From positions 32,001 through 96,000 of the forward strand of contig JAYTOU010000077.1 in NCBI GenBank assembly GCA_043747615.1: a stretch of 64,000 nt of DNA, read 5' to 3'. Below, piece after piece: positions 40,174 to 52,700 of the stretch. Positions within the stretch are counted from its first letter, which is position 1. Each line of letters begins with the position of its first letter. Below the pieces are notes generated by a model, which ran no database searches, was not told the DNA's origin, and saw nothing but the letters and a program-made list of their open reading frames with translations. The DNA comes from Myxococcales bacterium (lineage in GTDB: Bacteria; Myxococcota_A; Polyangia; Polyangiales; Polyangiaceae). A program made the translations under genes and the position numbers.

Positions 40174-40484
40174 AAAAAGTCACCGAGCGACAAGCTCGGC
40201 GCGCCAAAGCCCCGCAGCGGCGCGCCCGACCCGACGGATGCGGCGACGCAGAACGGCGCCGAGGACCAAAACGAACGGCGCCTTCCTCGAGCTCTGGCGC
40301 CCTCTTTCCTCTCGCGTAACCATGCTCGCTCGCGGCGGAACGAGGGCTCAAGCTCAAAGCCTCGACCGAGCCGTGGGAATTTTCGGATCACGATGCCGCC
40401 GTTCGCGGGCAAGTCATCGGCTTTCACCTCTCCGCGGTGGACCTGTTTTGAAACCACCAAGCGTGCTAAGCCCGCTCTCTCGAA

Positions 40485-43400
40485 ATGCCTCGGCGGAGTG
40501 ACCTTCACAAGATTCTCCTCATCGGCGCGGGGCCGATCATCATCGGTCAGGCCTGCGAGTTCGATTATTCGGGCACGCAAGGGGCGAAGGCGCTTCGCGA
40601 AGAGGGGTACGAGGTAGTCCTCGTCAACTCGAACCCGGCGACGATCATGACCGATCCCCAGCTGGCGTCGCGTACGTACATCGAGCCCCTCGAGTGGCGC
40701 ACCCTCGCGGCGATCATCGAACGCGAGCGCCCCGATGCGATCCTGCCGACGTTGGGAGGGCAGACCGCGCTGAACCTCGCGCTCCGGCTCGAGGAAGAAG
40801 GCGTGCTCGCGAAGTTCGGCGTCGAGATGCTTGGCGCAAAACCCGAATCGATTCGGAAAGCCGAAGATCGCTCGCTCTTCAAGGCGGCGATGCAAAAAAT
40901 CGGGTTAGCGTGCCCGCTGTCGGAGGGCGCGCATTCGCTCGCGGACGCCTGGCGCATCGTCGAAAAGACTGGTTTTCCATCTATTTTGCGGCCGTCGTTC
41001 ACCATGGGCGGTAGCGGTGGGGGCATCGCCAGGGATCGCAGCGAGTTCGAGGAAAAAGTCTTATGGGCTCTCGCGCAGTCGCCGACCCACGAGGTACTGA
41101 TCGAAGAGAGCGTCCTCGGGTGGAAGGAATTCGAGCTCGAGGTGATGCGCGACAGCGTCGACAATTTCATCGTGGTGTGCTCGATCGAGAACATCGATCC
41201 GATGGGCGTCCACACCGGAGATTCGATCACCGTCGCTCCAGCGATGACCCTCACCGACCGCGAGTACCAGCGCCTCCGTGACGCAGCGCGCGCCGTGATG
41301 TCCGAGATCGGCGTGGAGTCTGGCGGCTCCAACGTGCAGTTCTCCGTCTCGCCGGTCGACGGTAAACTTTACGTGATCGAGATGAACCCGCGCGTCTCTC
41401 GCTCGAGCGCCCTCGCCTCCAAGGCTACGGGGTATCCGATCGCCAAGATCGCCGCCAAGCTCGCCATCGGCTACCGCCTCGACGAGCTCCAGAACGACAT
41501 CACCAAGACCAGCGCCGCCTTCGAGCCGGTGATCGATTACGTCGTCGTGAAGTGGCCGCGTTTCGCGTTCGAAAAATTCCCCGGCGCAGAGACCACCCTC
41601 GGAACGCAGATGAAGAGCGTGGGTGAGGTGATGAGCATCGGACGCACGTTCTGCGAGGCGCTTCAGAAAGCGGCGCGCTCGCTCGAAACGGGGCGGGACG
41701 GCCTCGTATCGCTGCGCGATCGCGTCGACTACCGCCTCTTGGCCGAGCCAAAAAAATCGCGCGACCTCGGGATGGAGGCACCAGAGATGGAGGCGCCGCG
41801 TGAGCTCCCCCCGGCATCGGAGGAGGAGGTGCGCGCCGCTCTCTCGAAGCTCGTGGGAACGCCGACTGCCGAGCGACTTTTTTACGTGGCCGACGCCATG
41901 CGCATCGGAATGAGCGACGACGAGCTTTACGCGCTGACCCAGATCGATCGCTGGTTCCTCGCCCAGATGCGCCGCATCCTCCACGCCGAAAAAAAGATCG
42001 CCGCGGGCGAGCTCGGCCCGAACCACCTGCGCGAGTACAAGCGACTCGGCTTCTCCGACCGTCACATCGCATCGGTAGGTTCCGCAACCAAGGGAGCGCT
42101 GTCCGAGGACGACGTCCGGAAGCTACGTGCCAAGGGGGGGGTGCGTCCCGTCTTCACGCGCGTCGACACCTGCGCGGCCGAGTTCGTTGCTCACACGCCG
42201 TATCTCTACTCTTGCTACGACACCGAGAGCGAATCGGCCGCAAAACCAGGCAAAAAAGTGGTGATCCTGGGCGGCGGGCCGAACCGCATCGGGCAGGGTA
42301 TCGAGTTCGATTACTGCTGCGTGCACGCCGCTCAGGCCTTGCGTGAGCTCGGTTACGAGACGGTGATGGTGAACTGCAATCCAGAGACGGTCTCCACCGA
42401 CTACGACACATCGGATCGCCTCTACTTCGAGCCGCTCACCCTCGAGGACGTTCTGGCGATCTGCGACGAAGAAAATCCGGACGGCGTCATCGTGCAGTTC
42501 GGCGGGCAGACGCCCCTCAAGCTCGCTGTTCCCCTCGAGCAGCGCGGGGTGAAGCTTCTCGGCACGAGCGCCGACGCCATCGATCGCGCCGAGGACCGCG
42601 GGCGCTTCGACGAGCTACTCACCAAGATCTCGCTCAAGAGACCGAAGAGCGGAATGGCGACGGACGCCGCTGGCGCAAAGGCGATCGCAAACGAGATCGG
42701 GTATCCGGTGCTCGTGCGTCCGAGCTACGTGCTCGGCGGGCGTGCGATGATGATCGCCTATACGCCCGAAGAGCTCGATACCTACGTTTATCGTGCGGTC
42801 GAGGCTGCGCGCGACGCGGGCTCGCAGTCCATCCTGATCGACGAGTTCTTGAAGGACGCGATCGAGGTCGATGTCGACTGCGTGGCCGACGGCAGGCGTG
42901 CGGTCATCGGCGGCGTCATGCAGCACATCGAAGAGGCGGGGATCCATTCCGGCGATTCCTCGAGCGTGCTTCCGCCGCACTCCCTCGGCCCGGAGATCGT
43001 TCTTTCGATCGAAGAGCAGACCAGGATGCTCGCTCTCGAGCTCGGCGTCGTCGGATTGATGAACGTACAATTTGCCGTGAAAGGCGGAGAAATCTACGTG
43101 CTCGAGGTGAACCCGCGCGCGAGCCGCACGGTGCCGTTCGTCTCCAAGGCGACGGGCCGCCCGCTCGCAAAGATCGCCGCGACGCTCATGGTGGGAAAGA
43201 CCCTCGACGAGCTCGGCATCATCGAGATCCCCGTCCCCAGGCACGTCGCCGTCAAAGCGAGCGTCTTTCCGTTCGCGAAATTTCCAGGCGTAGACACCAT
43301 TCTCGGGCCAGAGATGCGCTCCACTGGCGAAGTGATGGGCATCGCCGACACCTTTGCCCGCGCGTTCACCAAGGCCATGCTCGCCAGCGGCCAATCCATT

Positions 43401-43820
43401 CTTTCGGCCACGACCGAGCGGCGCCGCGCCTTCATCAGCGTGAAGGACGAGGACAAACCCGTCGCCTGCTTGATCGCGCGGCGACTTAGGGCCATGGGCT
43501 TCGAGATCTGCGCGACACGGGGGACGGCGGCGGCGTTCGCTCGATCGCGCATCCCGAGCGAGGTCATCAACAAGGTGAACGAGGGAACGCCCCACGTCGT
43601 CGATGCCATTCGCGGCGGCTCGATCGCCATCGTGATCAACACGACGATCGGCGCGCGGGAGGTCCGTGACAGCTACTCCCTACGGCGCCAGGCTCTACTC
43701 GAAAATATCCCCTATTTCACGACGATCGCTGCGGCGCTCGCCGCCTCCGACGCCATCGAATCCTCGCGCAACGACACCAGTGTGCACGTAAAGTCGATCC
43801 AAGAATGGCACGCTAGTTAG
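40485..43820 (+). CDS. carB: Carbamoyl-phosphate synthase large subunit
   Basis: [27 protein letters not shown], two ATP-grasp halves, MGS domain. Confidence 0.99.
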   Translation: MPRRSDLHKILLIGAGPIIIGQACEFDYSGTQGAKALREEGYEVVLVNSNPATIMTDPQLASRTYIEPLEWRTLAAIIERERPDAILPTLGGQTALNLALRLEEEGVLAKFGVEMLGAKPESIRKAEDRSLFKAAMQKIGLACPLSEGAHSLADAWRIVEKTGFPSILRPSFTMGGSGGGIARDRSEFEEKVLWALAQSPTHEVLIEESVLGWKEFELEVMRDSVDNFIVVCSIENIDPMGVHTGDSITVAPAMTLTDREYQRLRDAARAVMSEIGVESGGSNVQFSVSPVDGKLYVIEMNPRVSRSSALASKATGYPIAKIAAKLAIGYRLDELQNDITKTSAAFEPVIDYVVVKWPRFAFEKFPGAETTLGTQMKSVGEVMSIGRTFCEALQKAARSLETGRDGLVSLRDRVDYRLLAEPKKSRDLGMEAPEMEAPRELPPASEEEVRAALSKLVGTPTAERLFYVADAMRIGMSDDELYALTQIDRWFLAQMRRILHAEKKIAAGELGPNHLREYKRLGFSDRHIASVGSATKGALSEDDVRKLRAKGGVRPVFTRVDTCAAEFVAHTPYLYSCYDTESESAAKPGKKVVILGGGPNRIGQGIEFDYCCVHAAQALRELGYETVMVNCNPETVSTDYDTSDRLYFEPLTLEDVLAICDEENPDGVIVQFGGQTPLKLAVPLEQRGVKLLGTSADAIDRAEDRGRFDELLTKISLKRPKSGMATDAAGAKAIANEIGYPVLVRPSYVLGGRAMMIAYTPEELDTYVYRAVEAARDAGSQSILIDEFLKDAIEVDVDCVADGRRAVIGGVMQHIEEAGIHSGDSSSVLPPHSLGPEIVLSIEEQTRMLALELGVVGLMNVQFAVKGGEIYVLEVNPRASRTVPFVSKATGRPLAKIAATLMVGKTLDELGIIEIPVPRHVAVKASVFPFAKFPGVDTILGPEMRSTGEVMGIADTFARAFTKAMLASGQSILSATTERRRAFISVKDEDKPVACLIARRLRAMGFEICATRGTAAAFARSRIPSEVINKVNEGTPHVVDAIRGGSIAIVINTTIGAREVRDSYSLRRQALLENIPYFTTIAAALAASDAIESSRNDTSVHVKSIQEWHAS

Positions 43821-43867
43821 GCCTGGCGCGGTGTTCGCGCGGTGAGGTCTCGGCTAAGCTCCATTCC

Positions 43868-44347
43868 GTGAAACGGCGTACCTACCCGCTGGAGCCGCTC
43901 GGCAAAGTGCGAGAGGCGCGCGTCAACGGCGCCACGTCGGAGCTCGCTGCCGCGGTGGGAGCGCGCGAAGATGCAGAGTCGCGCAGGGTAGCGGCGGAGA
44001 CCTCCCGCGCCAAAGCCAAAGACGCGGCGCTCGCAACCCGGGCCGTGGAGCGTGAAGCTCTCGAGCGCGGCGAGCTCACGGTCGCCGACTTGATGCGCGA
44101 GAACGCCTGGGAGCTTCGCGTTCGCGCGGAAGACGTTACGCACGCCGAGAAGGTTGCCCGCGCCGCCGAGAGCGAAGCCGGGGCCGTCGACGACGAGACC
44201 CGGGCGCGCGAGTCTCTCGCCGAAAAAAAAGCGGACGCGAAGGTCGTCGAGAATGATCGCCAGCGCTGGAGCGTTGACGAAACGAAGCGAGCGCTAGCAA
44301 GAGAAGAGGAGGATGCTGCCGAAGGGTGGCGAAAAAAAGACGGATGA
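43868..44347 (+). CDS. FliJ/SctO(YscO)-like coiled-coil protein
   Basis: 159 aa, all helical. N-terminal YPLEPL.KVR and C-terminal A..DAKVVE.DR.RW......REEE match the FliJ/SctO pattern. Confidence 0.6.
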   Translation: MKRRTYPLEPLGKVREARVNGATSELAAAVGAREDAESRRVAAETSRAKAKDAALATRAVEREALERGELTVADLMRENAWELRVRAEDVTHAEKVARAAESEAGAVDDETRARESLAEKKADAKVVENDRQRWSVDETKRALAREEEDAAEGWRKKDG

Positions 44348-46695
44348 CGCGTGCATTCTCGTTCCTCGGTCTCGCCGGTTTCGTGACGTGCTTCGCCTCG
44401 TGCAAGGGGGATGGGCGCGAGGCCAAACCACAGTCTCCGCCGCCGGTGTGCGCACCGGATGCAGGCAGTCCATCGCCCGTCGGCTTCGGCGTTCAGGGCG
44501 CGGCGAACCTCTCGGTGGTGCTCGACGACCCGGCGCTCCCGACGGTTCGCGATCACGAGCGAACGAAAGATTTCTCGGGGGCCGCGCGCATCGTCGACGA
44601 GGCTCTGGCCGCCGGAGCAATCGATCCCGCCCGCGCGTGCACGTGGCACTACACCTCGGGACGGTTGCATCTTGCAGCAAGTGAGCTCGATGAAGCGGTG
44701 CGTTCGTACGACGCGGTCGTCAGCCCGTGCTCCCTCGCGGGATACGCCAAGCTGCGAAGTGCGCAAGCGTTGATCCGCGCGGGAAAATTCCCAGAGGCAA
44801 TTGGGCGAGCCCGTGCCGTGCCCACCGATCTCGCCGTCGCGGATGAAACCAAGATCACGTTCGCGGAAGCGACGGCAGCCTCGGGCGATCGCGCGCAGGC
44901 CCTACCGGTTTGGCGCGCGCTTCTGGCGGCCAATCCTCACGGAGCGCGATGGGTCGACACCGCGGTGCGCCTGGCCACGGCACTCGTCGACGGTGTCGAA
45001 AGCGCGCCAGAACCGAGCGCACGTGAGGCGCTCGCGCTCGTCCTTCGCGTGATCACGGAGGCGCCGAAGTTTGCGGAGAGCTCTGGAGCGCTGCTCCTAC
45101 GCACGCGAGCGCTCGCGATGCTGGGCACCACCACGGACCCGGGGCTCACCCTCGCTCTGCGCGCGCGGCAGCTCCAAGGCTGGCTCGACGCGAACGAGCC
45201 TGCGCGAGCCCTTGCCGAGGCGAACCTGGTGATGAACGGTTGGCCGGCGGGCCGCTCGGGCGCTCTCCCATGCAAAGTCACCACCTATCGCGCGCAAGCC
45301 ACGACCCGCACTCACGCTCCCGCGTCGGACGCTTGGCGCGACGCCATCGCCGCCTGCGTCGGGGAAGACGATCTCGTTTCTGCGCTCTATCAGGGTGGAA
45401 AAGCAAGCGCGGGAAAGCACCCCCAAGAGGCCATCGATCGTTTCGCCAAAGTGGAGCAGCAGTTTCCACATCACCGGTTGGCCGACGACGCACGTTTGCA
45501 TTCTGCACTCATATCCAAAGATCTCGGGGACGAGGCGCGCTTCACGGCCATGCTGAACGCGCTGCCGAACGACTATCCCGAAGGAGACATGCGGACGGAG
45601 GCGCTCTTTCGTGTCGCGCTCCTCAGGATGTCGAAGGGAGATTGGGCGGGGGCGAAAGATCCGCTCGACCGCTCGCTCGCCATCGATCCGAACGATCGTC
45701 ACTGGGCAACATCTGCACGGGCCGCGTACTTCCGCGCGCGCGTATCGGCGATGACGGGAGATCCCGCGGACGCGTCACGTCGCTATCTCCAGATCATCGA
45801 GGACTACCCGTTCACGTTCTACATGACGCAGGCGTATGCGCGCGTTGCCGCTACGGACGAAGGCCTCGCCGAGCGCACCATGGACGGCGCGATGAGCCGG
45901 GAGGTGGGAGCAGGCCCTCCGTTTCTCACCCACGAGCACCCCGAATTTTCGAAGCCGGAGTTCGAGCGCGCCGTGCGGCTCCTCGAAGTGGCCGAGATCG
46001 ACGCTGCGAAACGAGAGCTCACGCAGCTGGGAGTCTTCGCCGAGGGCGCGGACAACGAAGCCATCTGGGTGATCGCCGATCTCTACAATCGTGCGGGCGC
46101 TCCGGACCTCGGGCATGTCTTCACGCGCACGCGCTTGCACGATCACCTTCCGCACTATCCGGTCGGGGCGTGGCGCCTGCCCTGGGAAGTCGCCTATCCG
46201 CAAGCATTCCAGGGCTTCGTCACGAAGGAGAGCGAGTCGAACGGGATCTCGCCGGCCCTCACCTGGGCGGTCATGCGCGAAGAATCGAGCTTCATCGCGG
46301 ACGTGAAGAGCCCGTCGAATGCGTTCGGTCTGATGCAGCTAATCGTGCCGACCGCCAAGCTCGTGGCTCAAGGGACGGGCCTCCCGTGGGACGCCGAGGC
46401 TCTCAAGCGTCCGGAGGTCAACGTCGCTCTTGGGGCAAAGCTCCTCGCACAGCTCCGCGGGAGCTTCTCGAATCGCTCTCTGGCGATCGCCGCGTACAAC
46501 GCAGGTTCAGGCGCAGTGAACCGTTGGGTGACGGCGCGCGGTGGTGAAGACTTCGATCTCTGGGTCGAAGACATTCCGTACGAAGAGACACGCGGCTACA
46601 TCAAACGCGTTCTGTCCACTGAAGCTGCGTATGCCTTCCTCTACGCGCGCCCGGCCCTGAAAGAAGTTTTGACGATCTCCGCGCGTGTCCTCTAG
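44344..46695 (+). CDS. slt: Soluble lytic murein transglycosylase (Slt70-like, TPR + SLT)
   Basis: AVMREESSF, A.GLMQL...TA, AAYNAG, IPYEETRGYIKRV; lipobox FASC. Confidence 0.92.
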   Translation: MTRAFSFLGLAGFVTCFASCKGDGREAKPQSPPPVCAPDAGSPSPVGFGVQGAANLSVVLDDPALPTVRDHERTKDFSGAARIVDEALAAGAIDPARACTWHYTSGRLHLAASELDEAVRSYDAVVSPCSLAGYAKLRSAQALIRAGKFPEAIGRARAVPTDLAVADETKITFAEATAASGDRAQALPVWRALLAANPHGARWVDTAVRLATALVDGVESAPEPSAREALALVLRVITEAPKFAESSGALLLRTRALAMLGTTTDPGLTLALRARQLQGWLDANEPARALAEANLVMNGWPAGRSGALPCKVTTYRAQATTRTHAPASDAWRDAIAACVGEDDLVSALYQGGKASAGKHPQEAIDRFAKVEQQFPHHRLADDARLHSALISKDLGDEARFTAMLNALPNDYPEGDMRTEALFRVALLRMSKGDWAGAKDPLDRSLAIDPNDRHWATSARAAYFRARVSAMTGDPADASRRYLQIIEDYPFTFYMTQAYARVAATDEGLAERTMDGAMSREVGAGPPFLTHEHPEFSKPEFERAVRLLEVAEIDAAKRELTQLGVFAEGADNEAIWVIADLYNRAGAPDLGHVFTRTRLHDHLPHYPVGAWRLPWEVAYPQAFQGFVTKESESNGISPALTWAVMREESSFIADVKSPSNAFGLMQLIVPTAKLVAQGTGLPWDAEALKRPEVNVALGAKLLAQLRGSFSNRSLAIAAYNAGSGAVNRWVTARGGEDFDLWVEDIPYEETRGYIKRVLSTEAAYAFLYARPALKEVLTISARVL

Positions 46696-49600
46696 ATGAG
46701 GCTCGTCGTTCCCAGTGAGCGGCACGTCGAGCGCCTCGCTCGCGATGGAGAGCTCGCCGAGACTCGAAGCGCGCTTCAACGCCGACTCGTCGAGGTCCTC
46801 GCCCCGCAGGTGAAGCTGGCCCCGCCCGAAGCCACGCGTCTCGCGCTCGCGGAGGCGCTCCGTACGGTGGCCTGGGAAGACGAGCTCCTTCTGCCGCTCG
46901 CAACGGCCGGCTCTCTCGCCTGGCTTCGCACGGTCGATGCGGTGGACGAAGCGATCGCCATGCTCCGCGCGTCGAATACGCCGCTATCTTCCCTGGAAAA
47001 AGCAGAGCACCTCGGTGGCGGGTTGGCTCGTCGCGCGGCGATGCTGAGGCGCGCGATGGTCGCCCTCGACGCTCTCCTCGTGCGCGCAGGGCAGGTGGAC
47101 GGACGCGCTTCGGGTCAGGTGCTGGCAGAGACCATCGGGCGAACCGATCCTCGCTTGGTCGTCGAAGCCGTTGGCGCGTCGGAACTCAAGGCGCAGTTCA
47201 TCGCCGTGTGGGAGCCGAGGGACTTAGGGTGGTGGCGCGCGCTCGATGGTGCGCTTCGCCGCGCAGGGGGTCGCGGTGCGATCATCGAGCTGCCGTCGTT
47301 TCGAAAAAAGCTCGATCCCGAGCGCCAACGGGATCCCCTCGACGTAGTGCTCGACGACGTTGCACGTGCGCTCGACGAAGCTCCGGAGACCTCGGAGATC
47401 CGAGCCCCGCTCGGCGATCTGCGCCTCGACACGGCGCTCGGCGCGGTACCGCTCGGCCAGGTCGAGCTGCGTCAGGCCTCCGACGCGCACGCCCAAGGGA
47501 GCGCGGTGGCTGACGCCATTTTTTCTGCTCTCTCGGCGGGCGTTCCGATCGAAGAGGTCGCGGTGGCCTTGCCGCGGGTCGACGAAGAGGTTCTCGGCGC
47601 GATTCGTCGCGCCCTCGATGACGCGGGGATTCCAGCCTATGACTCTCGCGGACCGGCACCGCTCGGATCGGGCATCGTCGCTGCGGCTCTCGACGCGCAT
47701 GCACTCGGCTCGCACGGTCTCGCGCGAAAGAAGGTCGCCGCTCTTCTGCGGTCGCTCTACCTCGACGCCGAAAGAGTCACCCAGATCGAGGACCCGAGGG
47801 CGGCGCGCCGTCTGCTCTCTCGGCTGGCCACTGCGCTCGAACAAACGCCGACCGTCGTGGGGCGAGATGCAGCCGGCACGCTCGAAGCCACGGTGCGCGC
47901 GTACCGGCCTCACCGAGCGGTGGAGGCTGAGTCCTACGAGGCTCTCGCCAGCGTCGCGCGCCGCGTGGGAGAGCTGCTCTGGACAGTGGAACGAGCGCAG
48001 ACGCGGACCGAGCACATTCGAGCGGCACGCGGGCTATGGGCGTCCCTCGGCTTTCCTGCGCGAGCAAGTTACGACGCGAAGACCACGCTCGGTTCCGACG
48101 ACACGCCGAGGGGAATCGCGCGCGCCGAGCTCCGCGCCCTTTCGCAGGACGCGCACGCATGGGAGGTGCTCATGGCTGCGCTCGATGGCTACGAAGCCGC
48201 GGTGGCGAGCCTTCACCTCGGCGCAGCGATGACGACGAGCGAAGCGTTTCGCCACGAGCTTCTGCGAGCTCTCGAGGCGGGCGCGCCGCCACCAGGCGCA
48301 GGCCGGGTCGGCGCCGTTCGTATTGCGCGATTGCCCGAGCTCGCGAACGAAAGGCTGAAATGCTTGATCGTAGTCGACGCGAACGAAGGGATCCTTCCGT
48401 CCGCTCCAGCGAGGGCTCCGCTCCTCTCCGAAGCGCTCGCGTCGTGTTTACGTGAGATCGATCCGCTGCGCGCCCCGCCGCTACCCGTTCTTCGTACGGC
48501 GAGAGATCTCGCCTACCTCGCCCTCGCCGTTGCCGGCGCAGATCGCCTTATTTTTACGTACCGCGCGCGCGACGACGAGGGGGGCGCGATGGCCCCTGCG
48601 CCGATCGTGAACTGGCTCTCCCATCAAGGGTTACGGGTCGTGATCTGGCACGGATCGCCGATCGTCGATCGCCCCATCACCTCGCGCGAAGCGCGGCTGA
48701 AGGTTCTCTTAGAAGCGCCCGAACGTGGTCAAGAGATCGACGTCGAGTCGGCGCGCCGCGCACGCATCGAGGGATCTCGCGAGAGCTTTCACAACAATAC
48801 CCGCGTCCGGGAAGAGACCGTCGTCAACGGCTTCCTCGACCCCGACGAAACGCTCGCGGCCATCCTACGTGACGAGACCGGCGGAAGGGCGGAGCAACCG
48901 CTTCCCGTGACGACCCTCGAACGATTCGCCCACTGTGCGTTCCAAGGTCACGCTCATCACATCATGCGGGCGCGCGAGGCGGAGCGCCGCGCAGATACCC
49001 CCGATGCGCGTGAAGAGGGGACGCTGGTTCACGAGGCGCTGGCGCGAGCCTTCGGGGCCACCCGGTCGATGTGGCGACAGCGCCCGCGCGACGCAGAGGC
49101 AATTCGAGCGTCCGCGATCGAGGCTGCCGACGCTTTTTTGCAGCGAGACGTAGCGGCCTCTGGACTTCGCAAGCTCGCCCTCGATCAGGCGCGCGAGAGC
49201 GTGATCAAGGTGCTCGAGTGGAGCCTCCACGATCTGGACTGGAACTTCGAGGTCGCCGAGCAACCGTTTGGTGACGCGTCGGGCGAAGGCTGGCCTGCAC
49301 TTCACCTCGACGATGGAGAGACCGCGCTCGTCTTGAAGGGGAGCATCGACCGCATCGACGTATCGGATCGATTGCCGCTCGCCATTCGCGCCATCGATTA
49401 CAAGACGCGGCCACGCAAGGCGAATGAGGCGCAGAAAGAGCTCGGCACCCTCGCGTTCCAGGTGCCCTTCTATGCGCGCATCGCGCAGGAGACTCTCGGT
49501 GCCGTACGCTCCGATGGGATCTATTTACCCATGTCGGAGCTCATTCCCGGGTACGCGCCACCCGCCGCATTCAGCGCAACGTGGCGCGAAAAAGTAGAGA

Positions 49601-49785
49601 CGGACTCTCCCGATCCACCGCATCGCCCGGTGGTGGTGATGGCCGCCCTCGATCTGCTCAAGCGCTTCAGAAGCGGGACCATCGCCCCTCTTCCGCTCGA
49701 GGATCGCTTCTGCGACCATTGCGAATTCGATGGCGGTTGCCGCCGCCCGCGCTTCATCGTCTCCGAAGACGAGCCCGAAGACTGA
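46696..49785 (+). CDS. AddB-like inactive helicase + PD-(D/E)xK nuclease with Fe-S staple
   Basis: Degenerate helicase domains. C-terminal LERFAHC, G.IDRID, IDYKT, Q..FY, CDHCEFDGGC. Confidence 0.85.
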   Translation: MRLVVPSERHVERLARDGELAETRSALQRRLVEVLAPQVKLAPPEATRLALAEALRTVAWEDELLLPLATAGSLAWLRTVDAVDEAIAMLRASNTPLSSLEKAEHLGGGLARRAAMLRRAMVALDALLVRAGQVDGRASGQVLAETIGRTDPRLVVEAVGASELKAQFIAVWEPRDLGWWRALDGALRRAGGRGAIIELPSFRKKLDPERQRDPLDVVLDDVARALDEAPETSEIRAPLGDLRLDTALGAVPLGQVELRQASDAHAQGSAVADAIFSALSAGVPIEEVAVALPRVDEEVLGAIRRALDDAGIPAYDSRGPAPLGSGIVAAALDAHALGSHGLARKKVAALLRSLYLDAERVTQIEDPRAARRLLSRLATALEQTPTVVGRDAAGTLEATVRAYRPHRAVEAESYEALASVARRVGELLWTVERAQTRTEHIRAARGLWASLGFPARASYDAKTTLGSDDTPRGIARAELRALSQDAHAWEVLMAALDGYEAAVASLHLGAAMTTSEAFRHELLRALEAGAPPPGAGRVGAVRIARLPELANERLKCLIVVDANEGILPSAPARAPLLSEALASCLREIDPLRAPPLPVLRTARDLAYLALAVAGADRLIFTYRARDDEGGAMAPAPIVNWLSHQGLRVVIWHGSPIVDRPITSREARLKVLLEAPERGQEIDVESARRARIEGSRESFHNNTRVREETVVNGFLDPDETLAAILRDETGGRAEQPLPVTTLERFAHCAFQGHAHHIMRAREAERRADTPDAREEGTLVHEALARAFGATRSMWRQRPRDAEAIRASAIEAADAFLQRDVAASGLRKLALDQARESVIKVLEWSLHDLDWNFEVAEQPFGDASGEGWPALHLDDGETALVLKGSIDRIDVSDRLPLAIRAIDYKTRPRKANEAQKELGTLAFQVPFYARIAQETLGAVRSDGIYLPMSELIPGYAPPAAFSATWREKVETDSPDPPHRPVVVMAALDLLKRFRSGTIAPLPLEDRFCDHCEFDGGCRRPRFIVSEDEPED

Positions 49786-49795
49786 AGGAGAAAAT

Positions 49796-52700
49796 TTGGC
49801 TCGGCTCTTCGCGTTTCGTCGCAACCTCGTTCTCGCCGCAAGCGCGGGCACGGGAAAGACTCACAGCTTGGTCGGCGTCATCGTTCACCTCGTGCTGGGC
49901 GCGAGTGAGATGGGGCGTGCGAATGGGGAGCTCCGGGCGCCGATCGATCCCGCGCGCATCGTGGCGACGACGTTCTCGCGGAAAGCCGCGGCCGAGATCC
50001 GCACCCGACTCGCGGTCGAGCTCGAGAAGTTGGCGACTCACGACGCGAGCGCCAAGTACCGCGCGGATCTCGTGGGGGCCTTCGAGAACAGCGGCGAATC
50101 GTGGTCCACGGCGGAGCTCGCCAACCGCGCTCGGCATGCGCTCGAAGGTCTAGGCCGCTCCCAGATCGGCACGCTTCACAGCTTTGCCGCGACCATCGCG
50201 AAGTCGCACGCCCTCGAGCTCGGGATCTCCCCAGGCTTCGAGCTCGTTGACGAAGAAGAAGCGCGCGTGCAGACCGAGGAGGCAACGCTGCGCGTGTTGT
50301 CGCTTCGCGCGGAGCGAGATCCGGAGAGCTTGCGCGACTTGGTGCGGGTGACGGGCGGCGTCGAGAAGTTGATGCAGGAGGTGACTCAGGCGCTCGCGCA
50401 GCTCGACGAAGACGGACGCGCGCCGGAAGACTTGACCATTGATCCCAGTGACGCGGCGGACATCGACGCCAAGTTTCTCGAGCTCGTGAGCCACGCCAAG
50501 GCTCTCGTCCGCGATGAAAAATGCGGCGCGCTCGCGTCCGCCGTCGTGCGGGCGTGGGAGAATGACGACGTGCGCGGGCTCGAGGGCGCGGTGGCTGACC
50601 TCATGTCTCTCGCCAAGCGAGGTCATAGTGATCGAGCACAAGAATTTTTCGCGTTCCGTGATGCGCTGCCGAAGGCGAAGAACGCCGAGCGTGGAATCCA
50701 GCTCGTTCGCATGTGGCGCGCCCGTCCGCTTTTCGCCAAGACGGCGCACGCCGCGCGCGAGCTTCTCGTGGAATGCGATCGCGAAATTCGGCGTACGCGT
50801 AACCGCGCTTCGTCTCTCGGGTTCGCCGACGTCCTGCGTGCCGCGCGCGACGTGCTGCGCGACAACCCTCACATCGCCGCGGAAATGGGCTCTGAAATCG
50901 ACGCCCTCCTCGTGGACGAATTCCAAGATACGTCGCGCTTGCAACGCGAGCTCGTGCAACTCCTGTGGGAGCGCGAGCCACGAAGCCGGCGGCCGGGCAC
51001 CATCCCCAGTATTTCGAGTCTCCGCGAGACGGGGCTCTTCGTTGTCGGCGATCGCAAACAATCGATCTATGGATTTCGTGGCGCAGACGTGAGCGTGTTC
51101 GCCGACTTCTGCGTGGGCCTCGCCGGAGAGAAGGCGCGCGTCGCCCTCGGGATGGACGGCGCCGGCGGAAACGAGGAGATGTTCGGCGCAGCGCTCGCTG
51201 ACTTCGTGCCGCTACGCGAAAATCGCCGCGGCGCCGACGAGCTTCTCGCCTTCGCCAACGAATTTAGCCGTATTTGCCTGGTTTCATCGGGCGCGCTGCC
51301 GTTCGAGGTGAACTACGTTCCTCGCACCGAAGACCTCCTGCCGCCGCCGGAGCGAATCCGAAATCCGAACCCGCGCCCGCGTACGTTCTGGCTCCGGGTG
51401 CCCATGGCCCCAAGCGGTCGCTCCACCCGCTTGAGTGAGGCCTTCGCCATTGCTCATCGCATTCGCAAGGTGATGGCGACTGGGACGCCCACGGTCCGCG
51501 GGAACGCTCCGTCGTTTCGAGATCTCGCTGTCCTCTCGCACACCAATGACATGCTCGACGCGACGGCCTACGCGCTTGCCCAGGCCGGCGTTCCCTACGT
51601 GGTGGCGGGAAAAGGTTTTTATTCGGCGCGCGAGGTGAAAGACGTGATGGCCATGCTCGCCCTGATCGTTCGGCGCGGCGATCGCCTGGCGCTCCTCGAA
51701 GTGCTCCGGGGGCCGTGGGGAGGCCTCAGCGATCAAGGCTTGATTGCCCTCACCGATCCCCACGCGGGATTGATCGACGTGTCTGATGAAGATGCATGGG
51801 AGCACGGCGCCCGCCGAGCGCTTCTGCCGCCGATTGATCGCGCGCGCGTTAGGGAGGTCTTCGAGGTCGTTCGGCGACTGCGACGCAACGTCGATCGCAT
51901 TGCGCCGGGGACGCTCCTCCGTGAAGCGGTGCGCGCGCTCCGCATGGAGGAAGCGTGGATCCAGCTTCCGCGCGGAGTGCAGCGGGTAGCTAACGTTCGT
52001 AAGCTCCTCGCGCTCGCCGACAAAGCGAGCCACGGTGCGCTCGATCTTCTCGAGCGGTGGACGCTCGCGTCGAACCGGGCGACCAACGCGACGGAAGCGG
52101 CCACGTTTTCGGATGAGGACGATGCGGTGCGTCTCGTGACCGTGCATGCGAGCAAGGGCCTCGATTTCCCGATCGTTTTCCTGCCGGAGGTGGGGGCCGA
52201 GGGTCGTCGCCCTTCGAACCCGGCCATTCTCTTGGAGATGGGCACGGGCGATCTTCCGAACATGATCACGCTTCGTGTTGCGGATGCACAAGGCTTCACT
52301 CACGAGACTCCGTCCCATCGCCGCGCGCGCGAGCTTCTCCGCGCGAAGGAGCGAGCAGAGCGCAGCCGACTCTCGTATGTGGCCGTGACCCGCGCGTCGG
52401 AAGCGATGTTCTTCGTGGGCGACCGCAAGAAACCCAAGGAAGAATCGGAGCCCTTCAAAGCGTCGATGGCGGGCCTCCTTACGCAGCTGATCGAGAGCGA
52501 CGAGCTCCGCGCGCGAGCCCAGCTCGATCTGGAGATCGCAGACATCGCGCCTACGTTCGTTTCGGTGGCCGCGAAGGCTGCTCCGCTCCCCACGGATCTG
52601 GAGCCGAAACCACTCCGCCCTGCGTGGCGTTCGCTCCCTATTGCCACCACCACGCTCCAAGATTTTCATCATTGCGCGCGCCGATTTCAGCTTATTCACT

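Noticed and set aside
40174..40484. Possible small ORF or pyrimidine attenuator upstream of carB
   Set aside because: No convincing terminator/antiterminator, PyrR motif or coding signal.
41715..41830. Short insertion in the CarB oligomerisation domain; carA absent nearby
   Set aside because: Variable loop. Split carA/carB is common.
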